Below, piece by piece: positions 41,245 through 50,995 of a stretch of 64,000 bases of DNA. A model generated the notes under the pieces. The model worked only from the letters and a program-made list of their open reading frames with translations, was not told the DNA's origin and did not search any database. Where the stretch lies: positions 47,327,138 to 47,391,137 of the forward strand of contig NC_090400.1 in assembly GCF_036365525.1 (NCBI RefSeq). Reading direction: 5' to 3'. The translations under genes were made by a program, and so were the position numbers. How positions within the stretch are numbered: position 1 is the first letter of the stretch; the number at the start of each line of letters is the position of its first letter. Source of the stretch: Heterodontus francisci. Taxonomy: Eukaryota.

Positions 41245-42320
41245 AAAAAAATCTGAAGGCTTTGGAGAAGGTACAGAAGAGGTTTACTCGATTGGATGAG
41301 GGATAATAGCTTTGTGCATAGACTGGAGAAGCTTGGGTTGTTCTCTTTAGAGTAGAGACGTGTGAAGTGATGCATTTTGGCAGAAAGGAAAGGGTGAGGC
41401 CATATAGACTTAATGGCACAGCTCCAAAGAGTGTGCAGGAACAAAGGGAGCTGGGGGTGCATGTGCATGATTTTTGAAGGTGGGAGGACATATTCAGAGA
41501 GTGGTTAGCAAAGCATATGGAATCTTGGGCTTCATAAATAGAGGCATAGGGTACAAAAGCAGGGAAGTTATGCTGAACCTTTCAAAAGCTCTTGTTAGGT
41601 CCCAATTAAAATATTGCATCCAGTTCTGATCCCCACACTTTAGGAAAGATGTGAGGGTCCTTGAGAGGGTGCAGAGGAGATTTACCAGAATACTTCTGGT
41701 GAAGGGGGATTTTAGTTACAAGGTTAGGTTGCAAAAGCTGGTGCAGTTCTCCCTGGAACAAAGGAGATTTGATAAAGGTGTACAAGATTATCAGACTTGG
41801 ATAAGGAAAAACTGTTCCCATTAACTGATGGTACAAGGACTTGGGGACATAGATTGAAAGCTTTCGGCCAGAGATGCAGGGGGAATGTGAGGAAGAACTT
41901 TTTTACACAGCGAGTGGTAAATGACTCTGACTCTAGAAGAAGTGAAGATTTGATGAAGATGTTTATAGTTGTGAAGGGTTTAGATAGAGTAAAAAAAGAG
42001 AAACTGTTTCCAATGACTGAAGGGATAATAACCAGAGGGCACAGATTTAAGGTGATTGGTAAAAGAACATAGGCGACATATGGAAAAGCTTTTTTACACA
42101 ATGAGTGGTTAGGATTTGGAATGCACTGCCTGATAGGGTGATGGAAACACATTCAATAGCCTTCAAAAGGAAATTGGATAAATTCTTGATGAAGACAAAA
42201 ATTACAGGAACATGGGGAAAGAACAGGAGTGGGTTTAATTGGATTGCTCTTTGAAAGAATGGACGCAGACTCGATGACCCAGAAGACCACCTTCTGTGCA
42301 ATACTATTCTATGACTCTCT
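41245..42320 (+). mobile_element. Degraded, nested CR1 LINE fragments
   Basis: Repeated LERVQRRFTR, KEKLFP and GHRFKV motifs; ATTCTATGACTCT tail. Confidence 0.8.
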
Positions 42321-42392
42321 GATTCAGAGCTTCCACCAGTGGAAGAGTACAGCTGTGTCTATTGAAGCTTCTATTTAAGCTGTTCTAACTTA

Positions 42393-42660
42393 GGGTGGCA
42401 CAGTGGCGCAGTGGTTAGCACCGCAGCCTCATTGCTCCAGCGACCCGGGTTTGATTCTGGGTGCCGGGTGCTCCGGTTTCCTCCCACAGCCAAAGACTTG
42501 CAGGTTGATAGATAAATTGGCCATTGCAAATTGCCCCTAGTATAGCTAGGTGGTAGGGGAAGGTGGGGATGAATGTAGGATTAGTGTAAATGGCACAGAC
42601 TTGGTGGGCCAAAGAGCCTGTTTCAGTGCTGTATCTCTAAATAAAAAATAAAATAAAACT
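42393..42660 (+). mobile_element. HE1-type V-SINE (internal deletions)
   Basis: GGGTGGCACAGTGGCGCAGTGGTTAGCACC head and CTGTATCTCTAAATAAA tail. Confidence 0.88.
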
Positions 42661-43276
42661 AGGGTAAAAGGAAGTAGAGGAAAAATCCACATTGACGAGA
42701 TAAAAGCAAAATTGGAAACAAAAACAAATACCTGGAAGCACATAACAGGATCTGTTGGTGCCTGATAGGATGGGAGATGGCTTTTCATTTTGGGTGAGTG
42801 CAAGCCCTTCATCAGAACATAGTGCTGATGTGTACAGAGGCTGCACCTTCCCTGATGACTGATTTATAACAGTTTAGGGCTGGGAGACCTACTGCTCTTT
42901 TTTAAATTTGAAACCTTTTCCAGATTTTCCATCTCTCCAATTTTCTCTCCTTTTCTTTAGGCTTCCCAAAACTTAGCCATTCACCTGTTCTTTATGCCTT
43001 TAATTTTGTTACGGCTTTTTGATCTGTTATATCATCCAACTGATCATTCCACTAGCATTTCCTCCCTGAATTTGTCCTTCTTTTCCCCCATTTTCCCTCC
43101 CTTCACCCCCTTTCGGATGCTAATAATATACTTCTATATTTCTCAAAAAGTGTATGAATCCAAAATGCTAACTTAAAATAAAAGCAAAATACTGCAGATG
43201 CTGGAAATCGGAAATAAAAACAAGAAATGCTGGAAATACTCAGCAGGTCTGGCAGCATCTCTGGAGAGAGAAGCAG

Positions 43277-43313
43277 AGTTAACGTTTCAGGTCAGTGACC
43301 CTTCTTCAGAACT
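43277..43313 (-). ncRNA. Minimal type I hammerhead ribozyme motif (Penelope-associated)
   Basis: The - strand reads AGTT-CTGAAGA-AGGGTCACTGACCT-GAAACGTT-AACT: stem I AGTT/AACT, core CUGANGA, stem II GGUC/GACC, GAAA, palindromic stem III ACGU, GUU cleavage triplet. Confidence 0.75.
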
Positions 43314-43784
43314 GACAAATATTAGAAATGTAAAAGGTTTTAAGCAAGTAAAGTGGGGGTTGGGCAAAAGATAACAAACAAGAAGGTGTTGATAGGACAA
43401 GGTCACAGAGAGTAACTGACCAGGTCATGGAACAAACACACACGGTATGTTAATGGTGTGCTGGTGTATTGAACATTGAGTTCAATAATTTCAGAGCATG
43501 ACAAGCCCCACTTTTTTTTTATTTTTTATTTTAGTTTGTTTCTAGTGTGCCTACCCACTGTTTTTTTCATGTTTGTGCTTGGCTGTTCATTTTACTGTCA
43601 ATTGACACCCTCTCTGTATTAATGCTTTGTCTTTCACCACACCATTAACATACCGTTTGCCTTTGTTCCATGACCTTCTGGTCAGTTATTCTCTGTGACC
43701 TTGTCCTATCAACACCTCTTTTGTTATCTCTTGCCACATCCCCGCTTTACTTGCTTAAAACCTTTTACATTTCTAATATTTGTC

Positions 43785-43821
43785 AGTTCTGATGAAGGAT
43801 CACTGACCTGAAACGTTAACT
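43785..43821 (+). ncRNA. Minimal type I hammerhead ribozyme motif (Penelope-associated)
   Basis: AGTT-CTGATGA-AGGATCACTGACCT-GAAACGTT-AACT. Core intact, one change in stem II. Confidence 0.7.
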
Positions 43822-44025
43822 CTGCTTCTCTCTCTACAGATGCTGCCAAAATGCTAACTGCTTGGTCTCACCACTGTTGCTAACAGAGCAGTCTTTTGTT
43901 TTTGTTGCAGCTTTCTGTGGGTGTCCGTATACCTTGTAGTACCGTAAAACCACTACACGTTTTTGAGCATCTTTCACAAATTTTGATGTTAATAATCCAG
44001 ATACAAAATTTTAACTTTGCCCTAC

Positions 44026-44203
44026 CTGAAACAGTCTCCTCTACAGTCGATGGCGTGCTTGAAGAATTTCTTCTTAACTTACAGGATTTCTTCTTCTCCT
44101 TATTGCTCTTTTTCTTAATTTTCTTCTTTTCTGCTGTCTCAACAGTCAGATTTGTGGTTGATTTTGCCTTATGTTTGATGTCTCGTATTTCATTCTCCAT
44201 CAT
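44026..44203 (-). CDS. LIAT1: LIAT1 (ligand of ATE1, C17orf97) coding exon 1, lysine-rich
   Basis: ATG at 44203 directly after an in-frame TAA. MMENEIRD...EKKKIKKKSNKEKKKS...TVS. 178 nt, phase-1 donor GTAGG starting at 44025 on the - strand. Confidence 0.8.
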
Positions 44204-44742
44204 TTAACTATTAACCTTTCTTAATTTGCAATTTTGCATCAGATTTTTATAATTTCCCTTTTGTTTAAAGTTTCAGCAGGGAATCTTTTGTTTCATTTTC
44301 CCAGTATACTGAACATCAGCTAAAGGGGAGGAATTTTCAAAAGAAGATTTCGATGCACAAATACCTACAGAGTCACTAGTTCTCAAAGACTCTTGCAACA
44401 GGTTCTGAAGCAAAGCACTAGTTATTTTAAGTGCTTTTCTTCTTCGCCAGGCCTGGATTTGGATCTTTAGTCTTTTCCCTACTTTCTTTCGGGCTCTAGA
44501 GCTTTTTTTATATAATATATCCTTTTTATCGTTTGCTCTATGCTTTGAAGCAGTTGCTTTCACCTATACCAGTCAGACCTGTTTGTACCTCATGCTTATT
44601 CCAACTGCCTTCTGTTTAACATTTGTCTTCTTGTTCCAGGTTAAATTAAATTATTTCACTCTGTTTTAAGCCACAAGCTCTATCCAGCCCCAAAGCTGCT
44701 GTGTTTTAGCTGCATTTAGCCACCGCGGCCTCCCATTGACGC

Positions 44743-44777
44743 GTTACCATGGAGACGCCTCTTCTCCCCTTAGCAAC
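44743..44777. promoter_or_regulatory. RFX X-box motif plus adjacent half-site
   Basis: GTTACCATGGAGAC (44743-44756) against consensus GTTRCCATGGYAAC, and CCTTAGCAAC ending at 44777. Confidence 0.6.
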
Positions 44778-45172
44778 CGTAACAAATCCGCCTAAAACAT
44801 AGTTCCTGCAAAAAAGGCAACAATGAGAGCACTGCTTCATAAACAGAAATCGTCAAGGACGCTTGACGAATTTTCAGCTAACAATGTTCCAACATATTTT
44901 ATTCGTGTCTCTGTTTCTCTTCTCGCTTCACAATTCAGGATTAGTTACATATCATTGCGCGGCAGCACTCCGCCCCCGGCTTGCGTCGGCTGTGGGTTCA
45001 AAATACCCGGGGCGGGTTTCTGGTTTCCATTCAAAGTTTTAGGGCTGTGCCATCTGGAGGAGCAATGAGGGACCATCGGCTCAGCGAGTTCGATCTGCGG
45101 ATACATTTATGCGCCACTGTTTGTGAGCTGAACCTCAATACGGAACTGACCTTCGGCGTGGGCTCTAAATCT

Positions 45173-45262
45173 GCTGGAGGGACTGTTGATGGGGACGGGC
45201 AGCGGCAGCCGGAAGTTGCTGGAGGGACGGTTGATGGGGATGGACGGCCACGGCCGGAAGTT
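45173..45262 (+). repeat. 45-bp tandem duplication (2 copies)
   Basis: GCTGGAGGGACTGTTGATGGGGACGGGCAGCGGCAGCCGGAAGTT followed by GCTGGAGGGACGGTTGATGGGGATGGACGGCCACGGCCGGAAGTT. Confidence 0.9.
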
Positions 45263-45287
45263 GGGTGGGACCGTGGAGCGGTTTCTG

Positions 45288-45348
45288 ATGGAGCTCAGTG
45301 ATGCGGAGCTGCTCGCACTGGACCTGGATCAGTTTTGCACCAATCGTG
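45288..45348 (+). CDS. EXO5: EXO5 coding exon 1 (in-frame upstream ATGs at 45189, 45234 and 45240 are alternative starts)
   Basis: MELSDAELLALDLDQFCTNR resembles the human EXO5 N-terminal SDLSDSEFLEFLDLED. Phase-1 donor GTAGAT at 45349; lies in a CpG-rich region. Start codon uncertain. Confidence 0.7.
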
Positions 45349-45349
45349 G

Positions 45350-45870
45350 TAGATATTCAGTGATACTTTCGGATGAGACATTGCACTGAGACCTTGTCTG
45401 TCTGTCCAGCTGGATGTTAAAGATCCCATGGCACATTGTGGCTCAGTTACTGGAACTCTCACCTCTGAGTCAGAGTTTGTGGATTCAAGTCGCATTCCCA
45501 GACTCGAGCACCAAAATCCAGGCTGACACTCCACTGCAATATTGAGGGAGTGCCACAGTGTCAGAGATGCTGTCTTTTGGGTGAGATGATTAAACCAAGG
45601 TCCTGTCTGGTTTTTAAGGTGGATGTAAAAGATCCCAAGGCACTATTTCTAAGAAGAGTTCTCTCCGGTGTCCTGGCCGATATTTAACCCTCAATCAGCA
45701 TCACACAAATGTTATCACATTGCTGCTTCTGGGACCTTGTGCGCAAATTGGCTGCTGCTGTTTTTACTTTACAACAGTGACTACACTTCAAAAATACCTA
45801 ATTAGCTGTAAAGTGCTTTGGATTGTCCTGAGATTGTGAAAGGTACTGTATAAAATTCAAGCCTTTCTTT
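45350..45870 (+). mobile_element. Nested DeuSINE/SacSINE1-like SINEs at the start of EXO5 intron 1
   Basis: A full copy at about 45437-45870 (TGTGGCTCAGTT...CTCTGAGTCAG...GGATTCAAGTC) follows a fragment with the same AAAGATCCCATGGCAC core. Confidence 0.75.
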
Positions 45871-46038
45871 TCAGAGCAGATGAGTTCTGTGTCCTGACCA
45901 ACATTTTTTCCAAAACTTCTTATCAAAAGCAGACTAACTTTCCAGTTTTTCCAGCATTTTCTAATTTTTATTTTAACTTGTTTATCTGATATACTGTTTG
46001 TGGGATTTTATTTTGTCCAAATTGGCTGCCATATTTAC

Positions 46039-46807
46039 CTTCTTTTCTTTTGGGCCTCCTTATCTCGAGAGACAATGGATACGCGCCTGGAGGTGGTCAG
46101 TGGTTTGTGAAGCAGCGCCTGGAGTGGCTATAAAGGCCAATTCTGGAGTAACAGGCTCTTCCACAGGTGCTGCACAGTAACTACAGCAGCAGCCAATTTG
46201 CGCACAGCAAGGTCCCAGAAACAGCAGTGTCTCAATACATTCCATCTTCGCTGCCTCCAGAGAATGCTTGGCATCAGGTGGCAGGACCATATCTCCAACA
46301 CACAAGTCCTCGAGGCGGCCAACATCCCCAGCATATACACCCTACTGAGCCAGCGGTGCTTGAGATGGCTTGGCCATGCGAGCCACATGGAAGATGGCAG
46401 GATCCCCAAGGACACATTGTACAGCTGGTATCAGACCCACTGGCCGTCCATGTCTCCACTTTAAAGACGTCTGCAAACGTGACATGAAGTCCTGTGACAT
46501 TGATCACAAGTCGTGGGAGTCAGTTGCCAGTGATCTCCAGAGCTGGCGGACAGCCATAAGGGCGGGGCTAAAGTGTGGCGAGTCGAAGAGACTTAGCGGT
46601 TGGCAGGAAAAAAGACAGAAGCGTAAGGGGAGAGCCAACTGTGTAACAGCCCCAAAAAACAATTTTATCTGCAGCACCTGTGGAAGAGTCTGTCACTCTA
46701 GAATTGGCCTTTATAGCCACTCCAGGCGCTGCTTCACAAACCACTGACTGACCACCTCCAGGCACTTACCCATTGTTTCTCGAGACAAGGAGGCCAAAGA
46801 AGAAGAG
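46039..46807 (+). mobile_element. RTE-clade LINE 3' fragment with an inverted copy of its own 3' end
   Basis: LNTFHLRCLQRMLGIRWQDHISN...LRWLGH...MEDGRIPK and C-terminal CSTCGRVCHSRIGLYSH. 46039-46174 is the reverse complement of 46670-46805. Confidence 0.9.
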
Positions 46808-47664
46808 TAACTACAATTCCATAAGTAATTCAAAGTCTGATTCAAGTGATCACAAAGATATGGTAATCTGCTGCATAAATACAATTTCTTTAACAAAAAC
46901 ATCTTTATGACTACATTTTTGTCACTCCTCATAAGCTGTCTTCATAGTTCACCATCTGTTTCCCTCATCTATTATCAGGTTGGGAAATGGCTTGAGATTT
47001 CTTCTTTAAGCAAGAAAGATGCTATATAAATGATGTAATCAAAAATATATAATCATTTGTAAACAACAAGCCATATTTTTCCCTGAATGTATTGCCATCT
47101 TCCCTGAGTACTGGTTGCATTCCAGTATGTTGGCAAAGTAGCCTTTCTTCATGATTCAATGTAGACAGCGTGTCAACAGCAGTTGGGTGCTGCTGTTTAC
47201 CTTAATCCATGGCCTAGAGAGAAGGAAAAAGTAATTAGTACAGAGTGTTCAGCCACAGAGGTCACCACTGTCAATCCCGATTCTGTTCTCACCTAATGTC
47301 CACTTATAGACTTCCAGCACAGATCATTGGACTATGATTAGGAGTGGTAACACTAACTTCTTTTCGAGCAGGGATCCAGTTTGGATTTTCTGGTGTGTAT
47401 GACTCTATTTTTGTTTATTTTAAAGTATTTGGCGTAATTGAATGATTTGTGTTTCAACCAAAATAGTGAATTTTGGGAATGTAGAAGGTTCATTTGAAGG
47501 TGCTGACTTCAGGAGTATCATTGTGGGAAGAATATTAAACATAATTCATCTGAAGATACTTTCCTTCTACTCCCCCACCTCTCAAAACTATCCTGTAAGC
47601 CATTCGATGTGTTTAAACTTATATTGGTTAAATAGTATAAAAGATCTTATTTTGATTCACGTGT

Positions 47665-48286
47665 GAACAAAGAACAGTACAGCACAGGAACAGGCCATTC
47701 AGCCCTCCAAGCCTGTGCCGATCTTGATGCCTGCCTAAACTAACACCTCCTCCACTTCCGGGGCCCATATCCCTTTATTCCCTTCCTATTCATATATTTG
47801 TCAAGATGTCTCTTAAACGTCGCTATCATATCTGCTTCCACCACCTCCCCTGGCAGCAAGTTCCAGGCACTCACCACCCTCTGTGTAAAAAACTTGCCTC
47901 GCACATCCCCTCTAAACTTTGCCCCTCGCACCTTAAACCGATGTCCCCTAGTAACTGACTCTTCCACCCTGGGAAAAAGCTTCTGACTATCCACTCTGTC
48001 CATGCCGCTCATAACTTTGTAAACCTCTATCATGTCGCCCCTCCACCTCCGTTGTTCCAGTGAAAACAATCCGAGTTTTTCCGACCTCTCCTCATAGCTA
48101 ATGCCCTCCAGACCAGGCAACATCCTGGTAAACCTCCTCTGTACCCTCTCCAAAGCCTCCACCTCTTTCTGGTAGTGTGGCGACCAGAATTGCACGCAAT
48201 ATTCTAAGTGTGGCCTAACTAAGGTTCTGTACAGCTGCAACATGACTTGCCCATTTTTATACTCTATGCCCCGACCGATAAAGTCC
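47665..48286 (-). mobile_element. CR1/HER1-like LINE 3' fragment
   Basis: 182-aa ORF (LYRTLVRPHLEYCVQFWSP...RGDMIEVYK) with a (TTCTTTG)-type tail. Confidence 0.93.
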
Positions 48287-48909
48287 ATGTAGATATAACT
48301 TATTTCTGCTGGATGATAGCATTGCCATGTTGAACTTTATGTTGTCCTAAATTTTCTTATTTGAAATCAGGACTCTGTCACTTTTTCCATAATGTCTGAA
48401 TAGTCTTAATTGAATATTGATGGTTTATCATTTGGCAAAATGTTTGGATTTTATATACACAACTCCGATCTTGATCAGCTTTTTTTCTCTCATTCATTAA
48501 ACCCACAGTATATCCTAATTATTCAATCTATTGACTTTTGTTTTCTTCTCCAGTTTTCTCCTCGCCACTCCTCTTATGAAGGTATTCGCTGTCTTAATGG
48601 GTATACCAGGCAACTATTGCCCTCCAGTACCTTGCCCATATTAGGGCCTTGGTGATGAGTGTGTATAGACAGGTCTCACTGTGTAGGGGACATCACAGCT
48701 AAGTATAATCTTACCCTCATCTGACATCCACCTGCCTACATTTTTACCCTCACCCGCGTCCTAACATATGATGCTTAACACTGCCTCAGATGAAATCAGC
48801 TAATGAAGATGCAGGCATTCAGGATGGAAGAATACTCGTGTGATAGCTGCTGTACCTTGATGCAGTCAGAGATACTTAGAATTAGAAATAGCCATACCTT
48901 GCAAGGAAA

Positions 48910-49112
48910 GCATAAGAAAGACTTGCATTTATATAGTGCCTCAGGAGGTCTCAGCACCTCACAACCAAGGAAGTACTTTTGAAATGTCATTGTTGTAATG
49001 TAGGGAAGTGTGGTAGCCAGCTTGCACACGGCAAATCCTACAAATAGAAATGAGATAAAGGACTCGAAAATCTGTTTTAGTGGTGCTGGTTGAGGATAAA
49101 TGTTGGCCAAGT
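48910..49112 (-). mobile_element. DeuSINE/SacSINE1-like SINE 3' half
   Basis: AGACTTGCATTTATATAGTGCC...GTTGAGGATAAATGTTGGCC. Confidence 0.7.
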
Positions 49113-49280
49113 GGGAAGATATCTATACTGGAATAATTTTTGCCGAAAAAATTGGCAACACAGGAATGTATTTAAAGTTGTTAGATTATTGATAAACATC
49201 ACGCTGCCTCTAACAGGCAGTTGTATTCTTTTGAATGAGAGAATGTTGCCATTGAAGTGTAACAAGCCAAATGTCCTTAT

Positions 49281-49409
49281 GAGAGGTCACTGACCTGAAA
49301 GGTTAACTCTTCTTTTTTCTCCACAGATGCTGCCAGACCTGATGAGTATTTCCAGCATTTTTTGTTTTTATTTCAGATTTCCAGCATCAGCAGTATTTTG
49401 CTTTTACTT
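49281..49409 (+). mobile_element. Short Penelope terminal-repeat insertion with 9-bp TSD
   Basis: TSD TGTCCTTAT at 49272-49280 and 49410-49418. Starts inside the hammerhead motif (GAGAGGTCACTGACCTGAAA). Confidence 0.8.
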
Positions 49410-49630
49410 TGTCCTTATTCAGTTGTCTGTATAAGGTCAGAAATTTCCGATATGCACTTTCTGAAATGAGAGGCAGTTTTATAGTTTGTTTTGTAGACAG
49501 CCAGGTGGTGGGAATTGCAGATTTTCAATTTTAGAACAACTGCAATTTTAAATTAATTTGAAAAAAGAATGTGGAGAGAGGTTTATCGAAATATATCTAA
49601 TGCCTTGTTGCCTAATTGACAAATTCATAG

Positions 49631-49727
49631 AAGGGCCTGAACCATGTGAAGGAAACGATGATCACACCTCAAGCAGATCCACTGAGGCTTGCTGTACAAG
49701 CCAAGGAACAGCAGATGCTACTTGTAG
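49631..49727 (+). CDS. EXO5: EXO5 coding exon 2 (poorly conserved linker; not in the ORF track)
   Basis: CTAAT branch-like motif and ATTCATAG acceptor. 97 nt, open: E-GPEPCEGNDDHTSSRSTEACCTSQGTADATC-S. Donor AG|GTAATT. Bridges phase 1 (exon 1) to phase 2 (exon 3) exactly. Confidence 0.72.
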
Positions 49728-50229
49728 GTAATTTTAAGTATTAATACTATTTGATATATTGTGGCTAATCCTTGCAGTACATTGTAACAACAAAGTCTTG
49801 ACTTGGAGCTATGGGTTAGATTGCACCTCTGTGGTTTATATGGCTGAATGCATCATGCATTTACCAGTAGAGCTGTTCCAGCATTTTTTAAAGCATTCTT
49901 GATGATGGTGTCTCCACCCAAGCACTAACCCTGACAATTACGGCACTTGTGAAATCCTCTAATACTTTGGGGTGAAATGACTATTTTGGAGAAAAACAGA
50001 AGGAAACCTATTTTTCTTCAGGTATAACAATCCACTAATTAAAATCCATTTCCAGTAATTGCATGCTTCAAAACCGTCTACCCTGGTTTTGATAGAGGGT
50101 GGGTAATTACAGATATTTCCTGTTTTGCCATTAAAAGGAGGAATTGATACTGAGGTGTTCTTTTCGATTACAGATGCAGAACAAAGTTAAGCAAAGTAGA
50201 TTTGGCAAAAAATCTTTTTTTTTCCCCAG

Positions 50230-50495
50230 TGGAAACGAGCAATCCTCCAATCAGCCATCCGGGTCGGAGCATGAAAGTGACCCGCTGTCTGAGGGCAGCA
50301 GCACCAAAAGGAGAAAGCGGGATGGAAGGATCCCACTGGAGCGGTTTGGTAGAAAGCACCTGAGCGTCACTGACCTGAGTCGACAGGCTTGGTGTGAGCA
50401 GCAGGTGGTTTATGGGATGGAACTGCCACACATTCAACAACTCCGAGAAGAAGTTCCAGTTGTGAAAGCTGGTAGCTCTATACACCTGGCAAGAG
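50230..50495 (+). CDS. EXO5: EXO5 coding exon 3
   Basis: Poly-T plus CCCCAG acceptor. PLERFGRKHLSVTDLSRQAWCEQQVVYG...AGSSIHLAR includes the first Fe-S cysteine (WCE). Donor G|GTAAC at 50496. Confidence 0.93.
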
Positions 50496-50604
50496 GTAAC
50501 TTATTAGACTTGAATGAAATGTTGCTTGTGGCCCAGCATCACGTGAAATAGCCACATACCACATGGAGCTAAGATGCAGATCAGTGCCATCGATTCCACA
50601 CTCT

Positions 50605-50995
50605 TGAAAAAAGAAGGCTGAGAGGTGACCCAAAATTATGAAAGGTTCTGATCGAGTGGAAACAAAGAGAATATTTCCACTTGTGGGGAAGAGCATAACT
50701 AAGGCTATCAATATTAAGATAGTCACCAAGAAATCCAGTAGGGAATTTAGAAGAAACTTCTTTACCAAAAGAGTGGTGAGAATGTGGAACTCACTACCAC
50801 AGGGTGGGTAATTAGTATAGCAATTAGTATAGATGCAGTAAGGGGAGGCTACACTAACATATGAGGGAGAGGGGAATAGAGGGTTACACTGATAGATTTA
50901 GATGAGGAAAGATGGGAGGAGGTTCAATTGGAGCATAAATGCCAGCATGGACTAGTTGTGCTGAATGGCCTGTTTCTGTGTAGCATATCCTATGC
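50605..50995 (+). mobile_element. CR1 LINE 3' fragment
   Basis: AGAAGGCTGAGAGGTGACC...AACTTCTTTACC..AGAGTGGTGAGAATGTGGAAC...GAATGGCCTGTTTCTGTG. Confidence 0.8.

Larger units (their letters stand above)
43174..43845. mobile_element. Penelope-like insertion forming a long inverted repeat, 14-bp TSD
   Basis: Arms at about 43251-43460 and 43638-43847 are reverse complements. TSD CCAAAATGCTAACT at 43160-43173 and 43846-43859. Confidence 0.88.
44720..45290. promoter_or_regulatory. Putative bidirectional CpG-rich promoter shared by LIAT1 (-) and EXO5 (+)
   Basis: Locally CpG-dense in a CpG-poor window, between divergent first exons. GC boxes (CTCCGCCCCC 44968-44977; GGGGCGGG about 45009), two CCGGAAGT ETS sites (45209, 45254) and an RFX X-box (44743). 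Confidence 0.75.

Noticed and set aside
42795-42818. Additional hammerhead-like CTGATGAAGGG on the - strand (and a remnant at about 29200)
   Set aside because: The GAAA/stem III half is degenerate, so these count only as old Penelope remnants.
50144-50229. Upstream part of ORF 50144-50551, including a CAG|ATG at 50174, as EXO5 start or acceptor
   Set aside because: The acceptor at 50229 has the stronger pyrimidine tract and fits the phase of exon 49631-49727; the upstream residues show no EXO5 similarity.
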